Source: a virus
Lineage: Duplodnaviria; Caudoviricetes
IMG/VR virus record: IMGVR_UViG_3300014204_000165
Location: 1 to 64,000 of that record
Reading direction: 5' to 3' (one strand)
DNA: 64,000 nucleotides
Part shown: positions 59,192 through 64,000 of the stretch, in pieces
Position numbering within the stretch: the first letter of the stretch is position 1
Layout of the letters: each line of letters opens with the position of its first letter
The notes under the pieces: model-generated
Told to the model about the DNA's origin: nothing
Seen by the model: only the letters and a program-made list of their open reading frames with translations
The model's database searches: none
Translations under genes and position numbers: made by a program

Positions 59192-59947
59192 TTAATCCAC
59201 TCCCTTTACGACCTTTACTTTTATAATATTAAATCTATCTTTCTTATAACTATCTACAACTTCAAAAGAAATTCCTCTATCTAATAAAACTTCTTGCTCC
59301 TTTTCTTTATACGAGTTAGGCTCTGCGTAAGGTGTCATGTTAATTGCATGAATACCACTGGGTGCCTGGATTTCTAATATTGTTTTAGGCACTAATTTTA
59401 TACCAGATCCCCATCCACCTACAGCAAAATTAGCAGCCTGATCAAGTTTTTTAGAAGTCGAACTAAATCTCTTAAATTTTATAAGTTCCCCTGGTATTGT
59501 TGTTTCATATAGTTCTGCTCTTTTTAAATCGAGTCCCATATATAAGGTCTGATCTTTGTCTAGAACAGAATTTCTCATTGCATTATCTACATTTTTTAAC
59601 ATTCTAGCATCAAAATCATTTGGTTCTAATGTATATTCTTTTCCTTTTTCTAATATATCATTAACAGATTTTGATCCCATATCAGTAAATTCACGTAAAT
59701 AATGGGCTTGTCTTTCTGTTATTAAAGGATTAGACTTTTCTTTAAATTCCTTTGACTTAAAATATTCTGCACCAGAACTGAAGTTATGAACATAAGTTCC
59801 ATCTGGTAATTTTGCGTCTAAATCTACTTCACCATTCGGTAATTTTGGAACATCATATTTGTCTTTTTTACTGGAAGTTATTTCATTATCACACTTGTTA
59901 TCCTGGCCATTAAATTCGCATTTATAGTTCAATTTCATCTCGTACAT
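59192..59947 (-). CDS. ADP-ribosyltransferase (VIP2/C3-like, R-S-E clade)
   Basis: NAMRNSVLDKDQTLYMG, FSSTS, LEIQAP.G..A, EKEQEVLLDRG..FEVV. Confidence 0.85.
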   Translation of the reverse strand: MYEMKLNYKCEFNGQDNKCDNEITSSKKDKYDVPKLPNGEVDLDAKLPDGTYVHNFSSGAEYFKSKEFKEKSNPLITERQAHYLREFTDMGSKSVNDILEKGKEYTLEPNDFDARMLKNVDNAMRNSVLDKDQTLYMGLDLKRAELYETTIPGELIKFKRFSSTSKKLDQAANFAVGGWGSGIKLVPKTILEIQAPSGIHAINMTPYAEPNSYKEKEQEVLLDRGISFEVVDSYKKDRFNIIKVKVVKGVD

Positions 59948-59982
59948 TTTACCAGGTTTACCTAAAAAAGTGTAAATAAGAA

Positions 59983-60567
59983 TCACCAAGCAGAATTCTC
60001 ATTTGGGCTATTGTAATCAACTCCCATATCCTCAACGTCTTCAGAGTCATACCCATCTTCCGACGCATTATATGCAGGAATTCCAGAACGTTTCCAGCGT
60101 TTTGGATATTTCCTAGCATCCTCAATACGATTAATTATAATTGCTGCTCCTCGACCACCACTTACCACAGATCTTCTATAAGCATTTTCAATTGTATCCA
60201 GCATGGCTTTTAATGCAAGTCTTGGTCCTGTATCCTCGCCTCTGCTAAAACTAACACCGGGGGCTTGGGATTGTGAACGAAACGACCAATCTGGGTTCCC
60301 TTTTTCAAAGGTGTCAGCTACCAAATGGCAAATAAGTGCGCTGATTTGATTGTCTGTTAGGGTCTCATAAGGGATGCTCCGAGAAGCCAACAGACTGCTT
60401 AATTCATCTGCAGCCAGATCGGCATATATGCCAAAACTATCATATAGGATGTCAGCGTCTGTGTGGATAGGTACTGCTTCGTGAGCTTCGTCGTAGTCCT
60501 GAACCGATAGGAACCTATAATATGTTCCAAAGGAACTAATTAACTCGCCATAAGGATCGTCAGCCAT
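59983..60567 (-). CDS. head-tail connector-like protein
   Basis: Helical N-terminus, ALICHLVA, SQSQAPGVSFSR; first gene after repeat copy 3. Confidence 0.55.
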   Translation of the reverse strand: MADDPYGELISSFGTYYRFLSVQDYDEAHEAVPIHTDADILYDSFGIYADLAADELSSLLASRSIPYETLTDNQISALICHLVADTFEKGNPDWSFRSQSQAPGVSFSRGEDTGPRLALKAMLDTIENAYRRSVVSGGRGAAIIINRIEDARKYPKRWKRSGIPAYNASEDGYDSEDVEDMGVDYNSPNENSAW

Positions 60568-60585
60568 AATGCACCTTGAAGAACT

Positions 60586-60636
60586 TTAATCATATTGGAA
60601 GGTAAAGTTCTGGGTTTTACGATCTGCTTGGCGTAA
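60586..60636. repeat. bipartite repeat copy 3
   Basis: TTAATCATATTGGAAGG-N11-GTTTTACGATCTGCTTGGCGTAA. Confidence 0.9.
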
Positions 60637-60679
60637 AGTATTTATCCTAGTAAAATCATTAAGTAAAAGGCGATGCAAA

Positions 60680-60913
60680 TTGAAATACATTCAACTATAT
60701 CCAAATGCCGATCGTGCAGAAGATTTAGGCAGTTCCTTGATGCACTTCCGGTATATACATGGACCTTGTGATAATTGTGGTCACGATACGCACTTCGTTG
60801 ACCTTGATATTGAGAGATTTGTCTGCTCAGAAGAATGCAGAAAAGCAAGCATAGAAAAAGCGAACCAAAAAGTATTTAATAATGAAAGTCTAACACTAAC
60901 TATAGATTTGTAG
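60680..60913 (+). CDS. small Zn-binding protein
   Basis: CDNC...CSEEC; start uncertain. Confidence 0.5.
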   Translation: MKYIQLYPNADRAEDLGSSLMHFRYIHGPCDNCGHDTHFVDLDIERFVCSEECRKASIEKANQKVFNNESLTLTIDL

Positions 60914-60924
60914 GAGTGAATTAA

Positions 60925-61656
60925 GTGACAGTATTAGGATGCAGAAAAGCCCGACCAACCGGAAGGGCATTAGCTCGCGCATTGCAAACTGACTATAGTG
61001 AGCAAGGTATCAGAGGGGAAGGTATAGTCTTACGTTATGGGAATGCTTCTCTACCCGATCCAGAGGATATGAATATAATTAATAAGTTGGAAGCCGTTAG
61101 GACCTCATCTAACAAGCCCAGGTGCAAGAAACTCCTTATGGAGCATAATATCCCGACGCCTAAACTAATCCCTTGGGACCAGGCCCTACGCGGCGATATA
61201 ACCTTTCCTATAATCGTGCGCAAAAACACCCATTTTCAGGGTAAATTCTTCTATGTTGTGAATAACTTACAGGAACTAAGGAGGTTCGATCCAGCAGGAC
61301 ATTACATCCAAGAAAAGGTTGAAAAAATCGATGAATTTAGGCTCTTCATTCTGAAAGATAGAATTATCGAGGCGTCTCTTAAAGAATGTCCTGCACCAAA
61401 CATTATGATCAGGAATCATCAGGCTGGCTGCTTCTTCAGGTGGGTAAGAGTCGCTGACATAAATTCAGAATTAAAAAGAGCAGCCCGAGATTCCATCGAG
61501 AAGTGTGGCTTGGATTTTGGAGCCATAGATTGTGCAACCGTACGCAAACCAGATGGCAGAACAGGAGTAACAATCTTTGAATTAAATTCGGCTCCCGGAC
61601 TTGTCCCACGCAAAGTAGATCTACTTGTAACAAAAATTCATGAACTTTGTATTTAA
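60925..61656 (+). CDS. ATP-grasp amidoligase (RimK/YheCD-like)
   Basis: NKPRCKKLL, FPIIVRK, YIQEKV, EFRLF, LDFGAID, FELNSAPG. Confidence 0.88.
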   Translation: MTVLGCRKARPTGRALARALQTDYSEQGIRGEGIVLRYGNASLPDPEDMNIINKLEAVRTSSNKPRCKKLLMEHNIPTPKLIPWDQALRGDITFPIIVRKNTHFQGKFFYVVNNLQELRRFDPAGHYIQEKVEKIDEFRLFILKDRIIEASLKECPAPNIMIRNHQAGCFFRWVRVADINSELKRAARDSIEKCGLDFGAIDCATVRKPDGRTGVTIFELNSAPGLVPRKVDLLVTKIHELCI

Positions 61657-61671
61657 GAGGGTAAACTAACC

Positions 61672-62022
61672 ATGATAGAAAAATATAGATACTGGCATTT
61701 AATACCAAAAACAGAATATGGACCATATACAACAGAGTTTGATGCAGGTAAACCTATTTCTAACGTCGAAGCAGTACCTATTCTAAAAAAGAGATATAGA
61801 ATGAGCAGAGTTTCTGAGGTTATTGGACATAATGTTCCAATAAAAGAAATGCCTCAAAAGGAGGCGATTCTAACAGTAACTTTCCAAGTGAAAGTAAAAT
61901 ATCGAGATCCGAGAGGACTAGAAATAGTAAAGGAAAGTCTTAAAGAAGATCCTGGATTCGGAACAGATTGGTGTGAGATGGTTACTGCTCATCCTGTTAA
62001 AAAGAGTATTATTGTAGAATAA
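61672..62022 (+). CDS. hypothetical protein
   Basis: SD AGAGGG; 116 aa. Confidence 0.55.
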   Translation: MIEKYRYWHLIPKTEYGPYTTEFDAGKPISNVEAVPILKKRYRMSRVSEVIGHNVPIKEMPQKEAILTVTFQVKVKYRDPRGLEIVKESLKEDPGFGTDWCEMVTAHPVKKSIIVE

Positions 62023-62232
62023 TTTAACTTTTTTATAAAACCTTTCTTATTTTCAACCGTAAGTTATATATTCTCAAAGGTACTAGTATTGTATTGGAGA
62101 TGAGTTAAAATGACATATCCGATTTGGGTTGGAGCAACAAAGTTCGCTTACACCATAAATCTAACATATACTCTTATTAGTGTTAATACTATATAAAGTC
62201 ATGCTATAAAAAAGTTAAATTCAGTTCTGCTT

Positions 62233-62931
62233 TTATCCACACATCCCTCCTCCTGGCAACGCCCTATTCGGAGTATCCTCATCGTAATACTTGTCCAAGA
62301 AATCATTATAGGCTTTGTGCGTTCCAACACCCCCTTTGCACTTACCTACGTTCTTGTTGTTGTATACGTAACTTACCCTTTTGTACCCGTCATTTGAGAA
62401 TAGGATGCCACGTTCATTCTCAAAGGAACCCCAACGAGTTATAACACCTGTTGGATCCACGACTACGAACTTACCGCTCAGAAGATTCAAGACTTCATCT
62501 CCCAGAGTCGCGACCATTATTGCAGCCATTCTAGTATCGTTCATGGGGCCCTTTGGCATCTCGATTTGTCCGCTGGTCACCATGTTCATGGTTAAGGTCA
62601 TCCAGTCAAAGATCACTCCATTATGGAACAATACTGGTACTTCAACTTGATCATTTACTACTAATTCGCTATGTTCGTCTATGTTAAATGGATGGCAAAG
62701 TTCTTGACTAACTCCTCCGGATGTTGTGGTCCTGAAATGTACTACATGAGGTAAGACATTCATATCGGCATATGCCTCGATAAAGTCTTCCTCGGTCATA
62801 TGACCCTTGTTAATCCTGACCTTATCATGCCAAGCATAAGCAAATCCTGCTCCATCACTATTGTTCGTGAAGCAGTTATGAATTTCCCAATTAGTCAACT
62901 TCCGATCTTTACAAATTGCTATTATACACAT
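62233..62931 (-). CDS. class II (Ntn) glutamine amidotransferase
   Basis: Start MCII (Cys2 nucleophile, SD AGGTGA), NSDGAG, HFRTTTSG, CHPF, FHNG, DTR. Confidence 0.92.
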   Translation of the reverse strand: MCIIAICKDRKLTNWEIHNCFTNNSDGAGFAYAWHDKVRINKGHMTEEDFIEAYADMNVLPHVVHFRTTTSGGVSQELCHPFNIDEHSELVVNDQVEVPVLFHNGVIFDWMTLTMNMVTSGQIEMPKGPMNDTRMAAIMVATLGDEVLNLLSGKFVVVDPTGVITRWGSFENERGILFSNDGYKRVSYVYNNKNVGKCKGGVGTHKAYNDFLDKYYDEDTPNRALPGGGMCG

Positions 62932-62935
62932 ATTT

Positions 62936-64000
62936 TCACCTGCAATATTCATTTATATATGTTGTAATCCCGATTACTAGTTCTTGACCAAACAACGTAC
63001 TGAATCCCTCTGAGGTACGCCTATTGTAAGACAACCCAACTTGAAGGGTCCTACTAGATGCATTCCATACTGGATGTGGAATACTACTCACTACAGTTGT
63101 CTTGCTTGTCGGAATCGTACATAAATTTACGCCTCGTTGATGACCAAGACCATACATTTTTATAGTTATTGGCAAACTAACTTTGACTTTCTCGCTTATA
63201 TACTTTTTGATCCACTGTCTTACGTAAGGACTCCACTTATCGCTGAATATTACAGTGACCAGTGGTGGTTTTACCTCGACTTGCTCAGCAACATGCCAAC
63301 TAGCTTTTATACTTTTGGTTGGCTTATAGCCTGATATAAATTTTACGAAATAATTTGCCTGCTGTTTGGTCAAGCCACCCACATTAATGTAGTCTTGGAT
63401 TGTGGGTCTGCTTTCGTATTCTAAAGTATGCTCCTGGAAGTACTTTTCACAGAGGTTTTGTACCAACCTTAGTGTAATATACGTGATTGCTGGATTCTGG
63501 AAGACTGCACTTGGCGCTGTCCGGTACTCAAACCCATGAGGCTGGGTTCTAATTTGGCCAAGCTTCTTATATTCGTCTCGGGCAGTCCCGCTCAGTTCAA
63601 TTACAGCCCTGCCCACAAAGTCATCCAAGATTTGGATTAGACCAGCATCTGGTCTCCAAGACCTACCAATCCCAACATGAATATGACCACCTAATGGATA
63701 ATCATCACCTTGGTCGGATAGGTCATATTGGCTGTACTTTTGGGAGAATTTTTTAAACAACTTTTTAATGTTGCTTACGACTTTTCTGGGATCACCTGCA
63801 GCTGGTCTTAATTCAACTTGATCGCCTGCTCCATCTACTCCAAGATCACTACCATCAGAATCTTCGTCGTCGTCCTCCCAACAATCCTCTATATGGTCCT
63901 CTGCATAAAGGACCTCATTTCCACTGGTTGGATCTACTAATTCAAACTCTGGATCTGCTCCAATTGTAACTTTGTCAAACTCAATTTTCTTGGTCTTTGT
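62936..64000 (-). CDS. phiEco32-like COOH-NH2 ligase (amidoligase), 5' end off-window
   Basis: The frame is open to the window edge: TIGADPEFEL...LGVDGAGDQVELRP...PLGGHIHVG...HGFEYRT. Confidence 0.88.
   Translation of the reverse strand, partial: TKTKKIEFDKVTIGADPEFELVDPTSGNEVLYAEDHIEDCWEDDDEDSDGSDLGVDGAGDQVELRPAAGDPRKVVSNIKKLFKKFSQKYSQYDLSDQGDDYPLGGHIHVGIGRSWRPDAGLIQILDDFVGRAVIELSGTARDEYKKLGQIRTQPHGFEYRTAPSAVFQNPAITYITLRLVQNLCEKYFQEHTLEYESRPTIQDYINVGGLTKQQANYFVKFISGYKPTKSIKASWHVAEQVEVKPPLVTVIFSDKWSPYVRQWIKKYISEKVKVSLPITIKMYGLGHQRGVNLCTIPTSKTTVVSSIPHPVWNASSRTLQVGLSYNRRTSEGFSTLFGQELVIGITTYINEYCR

Noticed and set aside
45942-60636. CRISPR array or mini-array made of the 17-bp repeats
   Set aside because: The copies are kilobases apart, bipartite and tied to gene starts; no repeat-spacer periodicity was seen anywhere in the window.
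62111-62197. 28-codon plus-strand ORF after a TATA-like element
   Set aside because: Too short with no recognisable motif; at most a remnant of a deleted gene.
1-64000. Major capsid, portal, terminase, DNA polymerase and integrase genes
   Set aside because: No ORF showed their motifs; they presumably lie outside this window, so lifestyle and genome ends cannot be called.

Overview
The window is a 64 kb internal segment of a large tailed dsDNA virus with a contractile tail (myovirus morphotype). Its host is almost certainly an archaeon. Evidence: an archaeal-type release factor aRF1, an ERCC4 nuclease, an XPD/Rad3-like helicase, recurring BRE+TATA promoters (CCAAAAnnTWTWTA) and AGGTGA ribosome-binding sites. 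A methanogen or Methanosarcinales host is a plausible inference, not shown. Left to right: the 5' end of an IS200/IS605 tnpB (cut by the window edge); an accessory and nucleic-acid-metabolism region (two RNA-ligase-family genes, one truncated; helicase, methyltransferase-like, deaminase, SF3 helicase, NrdD/NrdG, dUTPase/dCTP deaminase, ERCC4, AAA ATPase, putative SSB, several HNH or PD-(D/E)xK endonucleases, tandem small paralog families); an aRF1 locus; a long minus-strand tail/baseplate/neck operon interrupted three times by plus-strand inserts; an ADP-ribosyltransferase; and a phiEco32-like ATP-grasp/GATase/COOH-NH2 ligase cluster (cut by the right edge). No capsid, portal, terminase or DNA polymerase gene was recognised. 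The most striking observation is that the viral aRF1 gene has a well-placed start (AGGTGA-N5-ATG at 32463) whose frame ends after 8 codons at CTT-TAG-C, and a +1 shift at that site enters the conserved aRF1 frame. This mirrors the autoregulatory CTT-TGA-C frameshift of bacterial prfB, but on an amber codon in an archaeal virus. The gene is flanked upstream by a 56-nt D-arm-less tRNA-like element and downstream by a 10-bp stem. All product calls come from reading motifs by eye; no database searches were run.
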